Shown here piece by piece: positions 49,256 through 59,719 of a stretch of 64,000 bases of DNA; position 1 is the first letter of the stretch; the number at the start of each line of letters is the position of its first letter. Origin of the DNA: Candidatus Woesearchaeota archaeon (GTDB lineage: Archaea; Nanobdellota; Nanobdellia; SCGC-AAA011-G17; UBA489); assembly GCA_964366415.1 (NCBI GenBank), contig CAYITG010000001.1, positions 515,203-579,202 of the forward strand, read 5' to 3'. The notes below the pieces were generated by a model, which saw nothing but the letters and a program-made list of their open reading frames with translations, had not been told where the DNA came from and did no database searches. Position numbers and translations under genes: made by a program.

Positions 49256-49774
49256 ATGAGACTCTTCATTGCCTTTCGCGTACCTGCAGACACTTTGTTA
49301 CCTTTGCAAGAAAAGATTACTGCTGAAGGCGTTAAACTTGCTCATGAATTTCACTGTACTTTGAAGTTTTTAAGCGAAGTTGCTGAAGAACACATTCCTA
49401 GAATTATTGGACGTCTCAAAACTATTTCCTTTCATCCTTTTTCTCTTCATTTTTCAGAGATTGGAGCTTTTCCAGCTTTGCAGAACATTCGTGTTCTATG
49501 GACTGGATTACAACCAGAGAAACCTATTATTGCCTTGCAGCAACAGATTGAAGATGTTTTGGAAACATTTTTCCCCAAAAATGAACATTTTACTACTCAT
49601 GTTACCTTAGCCCGCCTTACGCATATGGAAGATGAACATTCTTTTAAAACAATAGTTCATCAATTAAAGATTGAGCCTGAAGAATTTGTTGTTTCCGAAT
49701 TTATCCTCTTTAAGAGTGAATTGCAAGGAGATAAACATATTTACTCTGTTGTTGAACGTTTTTCATCTTCTTGA
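49256..49774 (+). CDS. thpR: RNA 2',3'-cyclic phosphodiesterase (ThpR/LigT, 2H family)
   Basis: Two H-x-T-x motifs (HCTLKFL, HVTLARL); start MRLFIAF at 49256. Confidence 0.7.
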   Translation: MRLFIAFRVPADTLLPLQEKITAEGVKLAHEFHCTLKFLSEVAEEHIPRIIGRLKTISFHPFSLHFSEIGAFPALQNIRVLWTGLQPEKPIIALQQQIEDVLETFFPKNEHFTTHVTLARLTHMEDEHSFKTIVHQLKIEPEEFVVSEFILFKSELQGDKHIYSVVERFSSS

Positions 49775-50427
49775 TATTCTTTTTCGATTACTGACTTCAT
49801 TCCTTCAATTTTCTTTTTACCCATTTTTTCCATTTTTAATAATTCATCTTCTGATGCATTGAAGATGTTTTTTACTGACTTGAAATTCTTGAGCAATGCC
49901 TTTGCCATTTGCGGACCGATGAGGGGGAGTGATTCTACGATATACTCTTGTTGTTCTTTCAATGATGCTGGCTTTCTTTTCTTGAGGAGAGATAATTGCG
50001 AACGTGGCTTTTCTAAGCGGCGTGCAATGACTTCTAATAATGCTGCAGTATCGCGCATATTTTTTGTATGAATAATGGGAATTTGGAAGTCTATTGCAAT
50101 AGCAGCCATCATACCGCGAACAGCATTTGGATGAAAGTTGCGCAACGTGTAAATATTTTCAGATCCTTCTATAATTAACAATGGCGCAGAAAAATTTTCT
50201 TTCAAGTATATAAGCTGTTGAATAATGCGTTTATCTATGATTGAATTGAGGAAATCAGATTGCACTTTGCGTTCAATACCAATTGTGAGCCTATTACCGT
50301 TCCTATCTTGACCTTCGATAATGTAATCTGCAGTAATCAACTGCCGCACTTCTACATCAAAACCATTTTTCGCCAGTTCTTTTATAATTCCGGATGCTCT
50401 TTCTCGATGATCAACAATGATCTTCAT
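49741..50427 (-). CDS. XPF/ERCC4-type nuclease with HhH2 (Hef nuclease module)
   Basis: ERCC4 motif VDHRERASGI...GIERK; C-terminal HhH. Confidence 0.7.
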   Translation of the reverse strand: MKIIVDHRERASGIIKELAKNGFDVEVRQLITADYIIEGQDRNGNRLTIGIERKVQSDFLNSIIDKRIIQQLIYLKENFSAPLLIIEGSENIYTLRNFHPNAVRGMMAAIAIDFQIPIIHTKNMRDTAALLEVIARRLEKPRSQLSLLKKRKPASLKEQQEYIVESLPLIGPQMAKALLKNFKSVKNIFNASEDELLKMEKMGKKKIEGMKSVIEKEYQEDEKRSTTE

Positions 50428-51932
50428 TTTTTTACCGGGAGCGTTTGTTGCTTTTCAATCTTTTGCTTCATTCCCCGTAAAATGTTATGCATTTTCTGTT
50501 CTTTCCTTACTGATGACCATAATAATCCCTCATCACGTGTACCTTTAGCAACAATATAGATTACCTTTCCAGGTTTTATTCGACCTACTCGACCAGAACG
50601 TTGGATCTTTCTAATCTCTGAACCAGTATGATCATAGAAGATTGCACAATCTAAAGACCCGATTGACAACCCTTCTTCCGTAATTGATGTTCCGATCAGG
50701 ATATTAAAAACATCCTTGTTGAACTTTTCTATGATGCTTAATTGTTCTTTTTGCGTGAAACCAAGTTTTTGGCCCACTAAGATGGTTGGCTTGGCTAGAG
50801 GTATTTGGCTTATCAATTCTTTAAGTTCGTCGACGGTTGATCGATAATTTGCAAAGATGATTATTTTTGCGTTAGCATCTTTTTCTAGCGTCTGTTGAAC
50901 AATTTCTTTTGTTTTGAGCAGCTTTGGATGCGTGATTGCCTTCAGCTCATTCATTTTTATCTTAAATGCTTGTATTTTGCTATTGTTGAGTATTGTTTTT
51001 GCTGCCTTGGATGTTTCTTGTGCAAGCTTTTCAAGATACTTCTCTGCCGCATGCGTCGATTGTGTCTCCCAGAGCTCGATAAGATATCCTAATTTTATTG
51101 CTTGGGCAATCAACGAAAGTGCAGCAAAGGAACGTTTGTTCCCTCTTCTTAATTCTCCTTGGAAATGTATCTGCATGAGCAGTATATCTCGTTTGTTAAT
51201 TAGTGATTGCGGCTTTGTCATTCCGAAACTTCTTAGCATGCCTACCTTTTCTCGATACACTTCTTCAATAATCTTTGATGCTTTCGCCATCTCCGGAGGA
51301 AGATCTACTTTTACGTGCTCAATATCTTTCTTTTGAATATAGGGTGCAACATCTTCATCTTGTTCGGTCCGTACTTCGACGTCTTCGACATATAGATTCT
51401 TACAAATTTCTTGGATTTTCTCCTTTGTTGATCCTGGAGAAGCAGTTAGTGCCAGAATTCTGGGGTATTCTGCTTGTTCCATGTACTGGGAAGCTACGAT
51501 TGTGTTTGCATAATGCTCTTTTGAACGATGGCATTCATCAATAACGAGGAGAGAAACATCTTTGAGATTGATTACTTTATTTTTAACATCATTTGCTATT
51601 GTTTGAGGTGTTGCAACAATGATGTAAGATGCTTCAAAATACTTTTTTCTTTCTTCTGGCTTTAACATTCCTGTCAGTAGATTGATATGTGCGGGAGCGA
51701 TTGTTGTTGATGTTTTATATTCTTCACAAATTTGATTTGAAAGCGGTTTTGTTGGCGAAAGAACGAGCGTTTTTGTATGTGGGCATGTATTCAAGCGATG
51801 AACTGCCAGCAATATTGCACTCTTTGTTTTTCCTGTTCCTGTTGGGAGACAGACTAATGTATTTTTTTCTTTTGTTGTTTTCAGAATATTCTCTTGATAT
51901 TCTCTTGGTGTGAAATCTTTGATCGCGAACAT
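50424..51932 (-). CDS. hef: Hef-like SF2 helicase
   Basis: Helicase motifs CLPTGTGKT, DECH box (VIDECHRS), motif VI; 4-nt overlap with the downstream nuclease gene. Confidence 0.8.
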   Translation of the reverse strand: MFAIKDFTPREYQENILKTTKEKNTLVCLPTGTGKTKSAILLAVHRLNTCPHTKTLVLSPTKPLSNQICEEYKTSTTIAPAHINLLTGMLKPEERKKYFEASYIIVATPQTIANDVKNKVINLKDVSLLVIDECHRSKEHYANTIVASQYMEQAEYPRILALTASPGSTKEKIQEICKNLYVEDVEVRTEQDEDVAPYIQKKDIEHVKVDLPPEMAKASKIIEEVYREKVGMLRSFGMTKPQSLINKRDILLMQIHFQGELRRGNKRSFAALSLIAQAIKLGYLIELWETQSTHAAEKYLEKLAQETSKAAKTILNNSKIQAFKIKMNELKAITHPKLLKTKEIVQQTLEKDANAKIIIFANYRSTVDELKELISQIPLAKPTILVGQKLGFTQKEQLSIIEKFNKDVFNILIGTSITEEGLSIGSLDCAIFYDHTGSEIRKIQRSGRVGRIKPGKVIYIVAKGTRDEGLLWSSVRKEQKMHNILRGMKQKIEKQQTLPVKK

Positions 51933-51983
51933 TCTTCTTCTTTAAGAAGGAACCTTTAAATACATTCGTGTGGAGAACTGCGT

Positions 51984-52250
51984 ATGATTATTCGTCTCCT
52001 AGGTTTTATGGATCTTTTCGCAGGCATTACCCTTTTTCTTATGAAATTTCAGATTGTTGAATCTTTAGGACTTATCCTCGGGCTTTTTATTCTTGCCAAA
52101 GCTCTTGTTTTTATTTCTGATGTTGTCAGCGTGATGGATCTTCTTGCTGCTTTTGCTCTCATCCTTGCAAGCCAAGGGCATTATTACTTTCTTACGTGGA
52201 TTTTTGTTCTTTGGCTCATGCAGAAAGGATTTTTTAGCTTTTTTTCTTAA
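51984..52250 (+). CDS. small membrane protein
   Basis: Three predicted TM helices. Confidence 0.4.
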   Translation: MIIRLLGFMDLFAGITLFLMKFQIVESLGLILGLFILAKALVFISDVVSVMDLLAAFALILASQGHYYFLTWIFVLWLMQKGFFSFFS

Positions 52251-53003
52251 TTACTTGTTGAAATATTTGTATTTGTAATGAAGAAGAACTACGGCGCAAG
52301 CAATGATCAGACCTATGAAAAATGTTGTACCTACAGCTACTACTCTTAGAAAGAAAAATGAAACAATAATTAACGCCAAAAAGAATGAAAACAGAAATGG
52401 AGAACCAAAGTATACTCTTAATCCATCTACCTTTGGAAGAGGGATCATATTGAACAATGCAATGTACAAGTTCATCATCATCAAATGTTCCATGCCTGGA
52501 ATTAACGGAGTTAATGCTTTTGCTATGAATGCAACTATTAATGCCATCAATGGACCTGCGAGAGCTATTTGTGCTTCTTCAAATTCTGTTGTGTAACGAA
52601 ATTCTTTTCCTATTCTTTTTGACGATATTGTTTTTGTTTGTGTTGATGTAATCGCTGCAAATTTTAAAGCTCCTTTTGTTAGTATCATTAGTATGAAAGG
52701 AATGATAATTCCTACTGGAATTTTTTTTATTGGGCCTTTCAGAACTCCTTCAGGTTTGAATGAAAATCTTGATAACGACCAAATCTCCATTGTCGCTTCA
52801 GATCCACTTCTCTTTGCACGCATTTTATGACTTACAGCATATACGATGAATGAGAAAAATGCGAAGAAAGTCATTAATACTAAATTTGTCAACCAATAAC
52901 TCATTTGGAATATTTCTTGTCCGTCATCGTATCCGAATACCACTCCAAGAACTACAGATGCAATTATTATTACTTGGATTTCTGATGATGAAAACTTAAC
53001 CAT
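52251..53003 (-). CDS. M50/S2P-like polytopic membrane protein (HExxH apparently degenerate)
   Basis: C-terminal NLYIALFNMIPLPKVDG (S2P LDG-type motif). The canonical HExxH is not seen (VSHKMRAK). Start taken at MVKFSS. Confidence 0.35.
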   Translation of the reverse strand: MVKFSSSEIQVIIIASVVLGVVFGYDDGQEIFQMSYWLTNLVLMTFFAFFSFIVYAVSHKMRAKRSGSEATMEIWSLSRFSFKPEGVLKGPIKKIPVGIIIPFILMILTKGALKFAAITSTQTKTISSKRIGKEFRYTTEFEEAQIALAGPLMALIVAFIAKALTPLIPGMEHLMMMNLYIALFNMIPLPKVDGLRVYFGSPFLFSFFLALIIVSFFFLRVVAVGTTFFIGLIIACAVVLLHYKYKYFNK

Positions 53004-53673
53004 CGTTCCTCTTTTTGAGAAGTTTGACAATGTCTTCCTCGTGCCCAGCACCGACGATCGCCACTATCTTTTCTTCAGGATAGAGATTCATTATTTTATA
53101 TAAACCTTTTGCCATATATTCATTCCTTTCTTGAACCAGCACCTTGTACAATGAAGGATATTCTTTCCTTATCCTTTGCGTTAACTTTTTGATCAATTTT
53201 TCACTCGGCACTTTTCGTAAATCTATTTTTATCTTTTGGCGGGAAAAAAGCGCGCCTATGATCATTTCTTTTGCGAAATGAACTTTTTCAGCAATAGTCA
53301 ACTCTTTTGATAATCTCTTTAATGTTATGTGGACGTCCTGGTCTATTAAGGCAATTATAGCATTGGTTTCTTTGGCTCGTTCTATTGCAGTCTTCATTTC
53401 AGACCCCGGAGCTAAGCCGACCATCTTGCCTAATTTCTTTTGCAACCAGGCACCCAGTATATTGAATAGAAAACCCTTCAGCCCTATCTTTCTTATGTCT
53501 GTTATCCTTATGACGTGCTTCTCTGGATGCAGAAGGGCATGCATTCGTTTTTGATCCAATTCGATAGCAATAATTTTTGGTTTATATTCTTGTATCGCAT
53601 TCTTGACATCATCTACGCTTTGCTGGGCAATATGCGATGTTCCTATCAGAATAAGGTTTTTGACGCGTTGCAT
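52996..53673 (-). CDS. TraB/PrgY/GumN-family protein
   Basis: LIGTSHIAQQS...AIELD...GSEM...VAIVGAGH. Confidence 0.65.
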   Translation of the reverse strand: MQRVKNLILIGTSHIAQQSVDDVKNAIQEYKPKIIAIELDQKRMHALLHPEKHVIRITDIRKIGLKGFLFNILGAWLQKKLGKMVGLAPGSEMKTAIERAKETNAIIALIDQDVHITLKRLSKELTIAEKVHFAKEMIIGALFSRQKIKIDLRKVPSEKLIKKLTQRIRKEYPSLYKVLVQERNEYMAKGLYKIMNLYPEEKIVAIVGAGHEEDIVKLLKKRNDG

Positions 53674-53740
53674 GGCAGGGAAATCTTTAAATAGTTTAAA
53701 ATACTTCCGTTCCTCAATTCCTTTGAAGGGAGGCTGTCTT

Positions 53741-54031
53741 ATGTTGAAAGTTAAAAGGATGACTCATGTGTATGACATGAAAGTTTTTACTGATAGTGGT
53801 GAATATTTTGGAGATATTGAAGAATCTATTCTTGCAGCTAATAAAGTCTTTGGATGGAAAGTTCGTGCAACAAAAAATTCCTCATTACACAAAATTCTTG
53901 GCGGCGCTAAAGGCGTTATCGTTCCCCATAAACTCGTCAAAGCTGTGGGTGATATTATGATCATCAGCAAGAGTGCTGTTCCTAATTACCAAGAGGAAGC
54001 GGAAGAGGGAGCAGTCGTCGAGACTCAGTGA
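53741..54031 (+). CDS. PRC-barrel domain protein
   Basis: Start MLKVKRM preceded by GAAGGGAGG; PRC-barrel like gene 40400..40663. Confidence 0.55.
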   Translation: MLKVKRMTHVYDMKVFTDSGEYFGDIEESILAANKVFGWKVRATKNSSLHKILGGAKGVIVPHKLVKAVGDIMIISKSAVPNYQEEAEEGAVVETQ

Positions 54032-54055
54032 TTTTCGTACTAAAAGAGGTGGAAT

Positions 54056-54754
54056 GTGGGTACCAATGACACTCGTCTTTTTACTGCAGTATTTCTTCTT
54101 ATCTTAATGGGAATTATTGGCAGCATGTCTGATGGATCCTTCACTGGCATGCAGACTTATGATACGCCCGCAAATATTGCTGCCGTGCCTGGAACAGGAC
54201 CACAGTTGACAACTCTTGAAAATGCTGTCCAATTTTTGCGCGCCTTTGGATTCTTTAGCGTTATTTTGCCTTTTTTGCTTATTTTTGCTATCGTTTTTGG
54301 TATCTTAGAAAAAACTAAGATTTTTGGAACAGAAAAATACAAGGGAGAAGAAGTTCCTCGACGCAATCTCAATAGCATTGTTGCTTTCTGCATTGCTTTC
54401 TTCGTTGTTGCTGCGACCAATGTCGTCAATGTTTTACAGGCTAGCTTACCGATGGTTGCTTTAGTCCTCGTTGTCCTCATTGTCTTCTTATTGTTATTTG
54501 GATCTTTAATGAATTCAGAAGATCTTAAAGGAGGCATTACTTTATGGAAAGGAAAGTTCAAACCAACATTTGTTACCATTATTACTATTGCTCTTCTTGT
54601 TATTCTCCTTGCCAGTTTCGGCATTCTTGATGATATTTTTGCTTATGTTGGCATCAATGTTACAGGAACCTTTATAACTTCACTCCTTCTCTTGATTATT
54701 GTTGTGGCAGCAGTTTGGTTTGTCACAGGCAGAAAAGAAGAGGAAAAGAAATGA
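54056..54754 (+). CDS. polytopic membrane protein, paralog family 1 of 3 (ILPFLL...KxKIFG motif)
   Basis: Shares the FFSVILPFLLIFAIVFGILEKTKIFG motif with the two following genes. Confidence 0.5.
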   Translation: MGTNDTRLFTAVFLLILMGIIGSMSDGSFTGMQTYDTPANIAAVPGTGPQLTTLENAVQFLRAFGFFSVILPFLLIFAIVFGILEKTKIFGTEKYKGEEVPRRNLNSIVAFCIAFFVVAATNVVNVLQASLPMVALVLVVLIVFLLLFGSLMNSEDLKGGITLWKGKFKPTFVTIITIALLVILLASFGILDDIFAYVGINVTGTFITSLLLLIIVVAAVWFVTGRKEEEKK

Positions 54755-54766
54755 GGACACCCATTC

Positions 54767-55360
54767 ATGGCATATGAATACGGTTCTAGCGGTGGCGCCT
54801 TGTACACTATGATTGCCAATTGGCAACAGTTAGGATTGTACGATATTATTTTGCCTTTCCTTCTTGTCTTTACTATTTCCTTTGCAGTATTACAAAAAGT
54901 TAAAATCTTTGGACAGGATTCTAAAAAAATAAACGTTGTTGTTGCCCTTGTTATTGGATTGTTATTTTTGCAGAATAGTTATCTCATCTTTATCTTGCAA
55001 CGTTTCTTGCCTAATATGTCTATTATCATGATTGCTGTCTTAATGTTTCTTTTACTTGTCGGCATTGTTGGTGGAAAAGAAGGTTTTCAAGGATTCTCTG
55101 GCAAGATGTTAACTACTGCGTTTTTCTTAGCAATCATTGTTACTCTTGTTGCTTTGACAACTGACTTTTACCCTGGAGCGAGCGGTTATGGAATCTTGGG
55201 GTGGTTCTATGGTTTAGTTCCCGACCCCGGGACACAAAGTGCTATTATCTTGGTCATCATGATTATTGTTATTGTTGCTTTTGTGACAGGCGGAGGAAGT
55301 GGAGGACAGACCCTTAAAGAATATGGCGATGATATCAAAGGCGCTTTTGGGAGAAAATAA
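54767..55360 (+). CDS. polytopic membrane protein, paralog 2 of 3
   Basis: LYDIILPFLLVFTISFAVLQKVKIFG. Confidence 0.5.
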   Translation: MAYEYGSSGGALYTMIANWQQLGLYDIILPFLLVFTISFAVLQKVKIFGQDSKKINVVVALVIGLLFLQNSYLIFILQRFLPNMSIIMIAVLMFLLLVGIVGGKEGFQGFSGKMLTTAFFLAIIVTLVALTTDFYPGASGYGILGWFYGLVPDPGTQSAIILVIMIIVIVAFVTGGGSGGQTLKEYGDDIKGAFGRK

Positions 55361-55363
55361 TTT

Positions 55364-55876
55364 ATGGCAACACTCTTCAGCCAAGAATTCGTAACCTTAC
55401 TTACCCCTATTTTTATTTTCATCTTTGTTTTTGTTGGAATTTATGCTCTTTTAACCAAAGTTAAATGGTTTGGTGATAAATCTACTTTCAATTTAATTAT
55501 TGCTTTTGCCACTGCTATGCTTATTTTCTTTGTGCCTGAAACGCACGTTGTTATTGCTTCCTTTACGCCTTGGGTTGGGTTGTTGTCTATGCTCTTAGTT
55601 TTCATCTTTGTTTTTTTATTATTCTTAGGAATAAAAGAAAAAACCTTACAAGAAGCTGTGGGTGGTGGCACCTTTGCTTTTTGGATGATTTTGATTATTG
55701 TTATTTTATTTTTAGTTGCCTTAACTAAAGCTTATGGACCATTCTTGATGGTTAATGGCAATCCTGGCTTTTGGAATTCTGTCAAGAGAGTTGTCTTTCA
55801 TCCGAAAACATTAGGAGCATTGTTCATGCTTACTATTGCTGCGTATACTGTTAGATATATCGGCAGTCATGAATAA
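55364..55876 (+). CDS. polytopic membrane protein, paralog 3 of 3
   Basis: LLTPIFIFIFVFVGIYALLTKVKWFG. Confidence 0.5.
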   Translation: MATLFSQEFVTLLTPIFIFIFVFVGIYALLTKVKWFGDKSTFNLIIAFATAMLIFFVPETHVVIASFTPWVGLLSMLLVFIFVFLLFLGIKEKTLQEAVGGGTFAFWMILIIVILFLVALTKAYGPFLMVNGNPGFWNSVKRVVFHPKTLGALFMLTIAAYTVRYIGSHE

Positions 55877-55906
55877 GCTTAAATATTTGTTTGACTTTTC
55901 CGCCTG

Positions 55907-56287
55907 ATGGTTACTTTATCTCAACCACTTTTAGATTCTCAAGGAACAACTCTAACATCTGGCTTAGTTACATCTCGTCTCAACTTGGCTCAATTATGCT
56001 TTGATTCTCAAAAATATGAGGGGTGCATCGAGCACTCAAATGAAGCTAAGAGTTTTCTGTTTGAAGCATCTGCTTATTCTCATCATCCGACATATCAACG
56101 CGAGTTTGCGCAGTGTGTACACCTTTATAATTCTAGAATGGCATTTTATTTATCTCGAGGTATATCTGTGCAATCTCTTGATCCTGTTGAGGTTGGATTT
56201 AGTAAAAGACAATATGAAGCTCTTCTACAGTCGTCTAAACCTCTCACAGATCAAATCAAAGAACTCTTAGCGCTACTTGTTCGTTAG
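55907..56287 (+). CDS. hypothetical protein
   Basis: 126-aa ORF. Confidence 0.3.
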   Translation: MVTLSQPLLDSQGTTLTSGLVTSRLNLAQLCFDSQKYEGCIEHSNEAKSFLFEASAYSHHPTYQREFAQCVHLYNSRMAFYLSRGISVQSLDPVEVGFSKRQYEALLQSSKPLTDQIKELLALLVR

Positions 56288-56289
56288 GA

Positions 56290-56931
56290 CTATTTTTGTA
56301 ATTTTTCTGTTACACGTTTTAACTCTTTTACATTATCACTTAATGGTTTGAGAATACTCTGTAACAATTTTTCAAGGGCTTTGACATCTGTTCCTACGTC
56401 TTCTACTTGTTTGTCATATTCCTTCACTCTTCCAAGAATTGCCTGTTGCATGCCATCAAATCTGTTTTCAAGACGTAATACTTCTTGTTTTATCGATATG
56501 ATCTCTGTTTTGACCTTTTCTTTCCAATTTGAAAGATCACCCATATCTTCCATTACTCGACGCCATTTTTCTTCAATAATTGCTTCTGCAACTTCTTCTA
56601 TTTTTTCTTCTACATTACGCGTTGCCATTTCGAACTGTTGGGGCGACTGTATTTCTTGGCGTGAGGGAGTGAAATCAATAGGGCGCTGCGCTTCGCGGTT
56701 CAATAATGAAGGTTGCATTTGTGGCATTGGTGGAGGAGGAGGAATCATTGTTTCGTTTGATTCTACGCTTGCTTTTGTTTGGGCTTGAGACAATGCATCT
56801 TGCACTTCTGCACTTGAAAATCCTTGTTCTTGTAATTTTGAAAGGATGTCGTTGCCTTGGTATCCTTGTTCCATGAGCTGCATCACTTGCTCAATCAATG
56901 GTTCAGTTAACTGCGGCATGTTCCTTCCCAT
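56290..56931 (-). CDS. coiled-coil protein with Pro/Gln-rich linker
   Basis: Heptad-rich C-terminal half; upstream of the pilus ATPase. Confidence 0.4.
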   Translation of the reverse strand: MGRNMPQLTEPLIEQVMQLMEQGYQGNDILSKLQEQGFSSAEVQDALSQAQTKASVESNETMIPPPPPMPQMQPSLLNREAQRPIDFTPSRQEIQSPQQFEMATRNVEEKIEEVAEAIIEEKWRRVMEDMGDLSNWKEKVKTEIISIKQEVLRLENRFDGMQQAILGRVKEYDKQVEDVGTDVKALEKLLQSILKPLSDNVKELKRVTEKLQK

Positions 56932-57289
56932 TTTTCATTTTTTGTTCGATGGCTTGATTTAGTTGTTCTTCTGTCACAAAATGGAGTGGAGACCACAAAT
57001 CAAGATATTTTTCAAGAACTTTTACTTGATCTTTCTTTGCGAACAAGTCCATTTCAACAACTATACTTTTTACTGTGCTCTTTACTTCCATCATGTCTAC
57101 TTTCATCTTTTGCATCTCTGCATCAATAGTTTTCATTTCTTTTAGAATTTTTTTATACTCTTCAATCATGTTCTGATTAATTACAAGAAGATGTTCACCA
57201 AAGAGATTATACTTGCCTTCCAGCGTTCTGACTCGATTGTTTATATCTGCGAGAACATATGTCATATCTTGCGTTGTTTGAACAACCAT
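56903..57289 (-). CDS. coiled-coil protein
   Basis: 128-aa coiled-coil; 29-nt overlap with the downstream coiled-coil gene. Confidence 0.4.
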   Translation of the reverse strand: MVVQTTQDMTYVLADINNRVRTLEGKYNLFGEHLLVINQNMIEEYKKILKEMKTIDAEMQKMKVDMMEVKSTVKSIVVEMDLFAKKDQVKVLEKYLDLWSPLHFVTEEQLNQAIEQKMKNGKEHAAVN

Positions 57290-57393
57290 TTTTCCCTCTT
57301 TTTAACTTTATGAGGAAAAGGACCGAGTCTATTTAAAACTATCGGGATTTTCTCAAAGCAAAGTATATAAAGAATTTTTCATATGGAATTCCT

Positions 57394-59676
57394 ATGGCTC
57401 AGGGGAAAACGAGGGGATATACCTTAGTCCAAGAAGGACAAGAAGATGTTTTGAAGATAGATGCTTCCTCTTGGAGCAAGACTCCTAGCATTGAAGATGA
57501 TGGACTTGTCCTTGGGTTTGTTGTGGATGCGCTTATTGAGAACCCTACTGTTAAACGAATTACTTTCGATCAGCGCAAACATTTTTCGTATGATTACGAC
57601 CAAGTTCAACTTCTTGCAGAAGTAGCACGTCTTTATGCTTATGTTGCGCGCCAACAAAAAATTCTCAGTCTTGAGGGATTGGGATATGGAGATGTCGGTG
57701 CAGGGGCTACTGCTTTTTTGGCTAATAAACGAGGACAATTACAAAATATTTTGACTTCTTTGCGATCAGATCCTATTGGGTGTTATGTTGAGCTTAAACG
57801 CTTGATTCGTGAGGAGCATATTCTCTTAGATAAAGAAAGCAATCTTGATTTAATCACTGTTCGTGAACGTTTCTTAGGAATTTTACAGCATGTCTTTTCT
57901 TTGTTGGACAAAACTTCCTTGATCTCTTTTGTTAAAGATCGCTTAGAAGGCCATACTGTTGGTGATCGTGATGTCTATAAAAATATTTTCCATGCGACGA
58001 TTACACCTGATTTTATGTATACGCGATTGATGACTTCATTGCCTCTTGATGGAGAACAGATTGATATGTATCCTGTTCCCGATGCAACTATCAATGTCAT
58101 GCGAACACCTTCCGATATTAAATTACTTTATCATGTTATTCCTATTGAATTTTCTTTAACGGAAGATGAATACTTGCTGGTTGATATGGCTCGTGATGTC
58201 ATGAGAGAACATAAACCACGCGAAGAAGAATTTTTAGAGCCTGCTCGTTTACGCAAGACTTTCTTTCACATTGGCAAAGATTTGTTGCAGGAATTAGCAG
58301 ACCATAAAGGCATTGCTTTAGATTATGCACGTGTTGAATTGCTCGCTCGTATTTTGGTGAGATATACTGTTGGCTTTGGTTTGTTGGAAGTTCTTATGCA
58401 AGATCAGAAAGTACAAGATATCGTTATTAATAGCCCGGCTGGCGCAAGCCCTTTGTTTATTGTTCATCAAGATTTTGGAGAGTGCACGACGAATATTGTT
58501 CCTACAAAAGATGATACTGAAGGATGGGCTACTAAATTTCGTTTGCTTAGTGGAAGACCCCTGGATGAAGCTAATCCCGTGTTAGACACAGAATTACTCG
58601 TTCCCGGAGCTCGTGGAAGAGTTGCTGTGATGACCAGCCCTTTAAGCCCGAGCGGATTGGCTTACGCTATTCGACGACACCGCGACAAACCTTGGACGTT
58701 GCCACTTTTCATTGAGAATAAAATGATCACTCCTTTAGGGGCTGGATTGTTAAGCTTTCTTATCGATGGCGCACGCACCTTGCTTGTTGCCGGAACTCGA
58801 AGCAGCGGAAAAACAAGCCTGTTGAGCAGCCTTATGGTTGAGATTATGCGTAAATATCGCATCATCACTGTTGAAGATACGCTTGAAATGCCTGTTGATT
58901 ATTTGAGAGGATTGGGATATAATATTCAAAGTATGAAAGTACGAAGTGCATTGACAACTGGTGGTGTTGAAGTCAGTGCCGATGAAGGCATTCGCACGAG
59001 TTTACGTTTAGGAGATAGTAGTTTAATTATTGGAGAAGTTCGCTCTCAAGAAGCGAAGGCATTGTATGAAGCCATGCGTGTTGGTGCATTAGCCAATGTT
59101 GTTGCTGGAACCATTCATGGTGCAAGTCCTTATGGCGTTTTTGATCGCGTTGTGAATGATCTTGGTGTTCCACGCACCAGTTTCAAAGCAACAGATATTA
59201 TTATAGTTGCTAATCCTATTAAAAGCCCGGATGGATTAAAAAGCACTAAAAGAGTATTACAAATTACTGAAGTCAGAAAACACTGGGAAGATGATCCTCA
59301 ACGTGAAGGAGGATTTGTTGATTTAATGACATATGATAGCAAGAAAGATTTGCTTGTTCCTAGCCAGGATTTATTACATGGAGAAAGCGAGGTTTTGAAG
59401 GCTATTGCTGGCCAAGTCAAAGAATGGGCAGGTGATTGGGATTCTTTATGGCAGAACATTCAATTACGCGCTGACATGAAGGCTCGTTTATTAGATGTTG
59501 CGCATCAGACTGGCAGAAGAGATCTTTTAGAATCTGAATTTGTTGTGCGCAGCAATGATGCTTTCCATCTTCTTAGCGACCAGATTAATCAAGAAGTAGG
59601 AAGCCTTGATTCGAAGAGGATTTATTCCTTGTGGGATTTATGGCTACAACGCGAGCTTACGAAGAGGAGAGTTTGA
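57394..59676 (+). CDS. FlaI/GspE/VirB11-family secretion ATPase with long N-terminal extension
   Basis: Walker A LVAGTRSSGKTS; Walker B/Asp box IITVEDTLEM; His box GTIHGAS; ~380-aa N-terminal extension. Confidence 0.8.
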   Translation: MAQGKTRGYTLVQEGQEDVLKIDASSWSKTPSIEDDGLVLGFVVDALIENPTVKRITFDQRKHFSYDYDQVQLLAEVARLYAYVARQQKILSLEGLGYGDVGAGATAFLANKRGQLQNILTSLRSDPIGCYVELKRLIREEHILLDKESNLDLITVRERFLGILQHVFSLLDKTSLISFVKDRLEGHTVGDRDVYKNIFHATITPDFMYTRLMTSLPLDGEQIDMYPVPDATINVMRTPSDIKLLYHVIPIEFSLTEDEYLLVDMARDVMREHKPREEEFLEPARLRKTFFHIGKDLLQELADHKGIALDYARVELLARILVRYTVGFGLLEVLMQDQKVQDIVINSPAGASPLFIVHQDFGECTTNIVPTKDDTEGWATKFRLLSGRPLDEANPVLDTELLVPGARGRVAVMTSPLSPSGLAYAIRRHRDKPWTLPLFIENKMITPLGAGLLSFLIDGARTLLVAGTRSSGKTSLLSSLMVEIMRKYRIITVEDTLEMPVDYLRGLGYNIQSMKVRSALTTGGVEVSADEGIRTSLRLGDSSLIIGEVRSQEAKALYEAMRVGALANVVAGTIHGASPYGVFDRVVNDLGVPRTSFKATDIIIVANPIKSPDGLKSTKRVLQITEVRKHWEDDPQREGGFVDLMTYDSKKDLLVPSQDLLHGESEVLKAIAGQVKEWAGDWDSLWQNIQLRADMKARLLDVAHQTGRRDLLESEFVVRSNDAFHLLSDQINQEVGSLDSKRIYSLWDLWLQRELTKRRV

Positions 59677-59719
59677 ATACTTATATTGTAAGTATTTTAC
59701 TTATTAATGGGGAGACACC

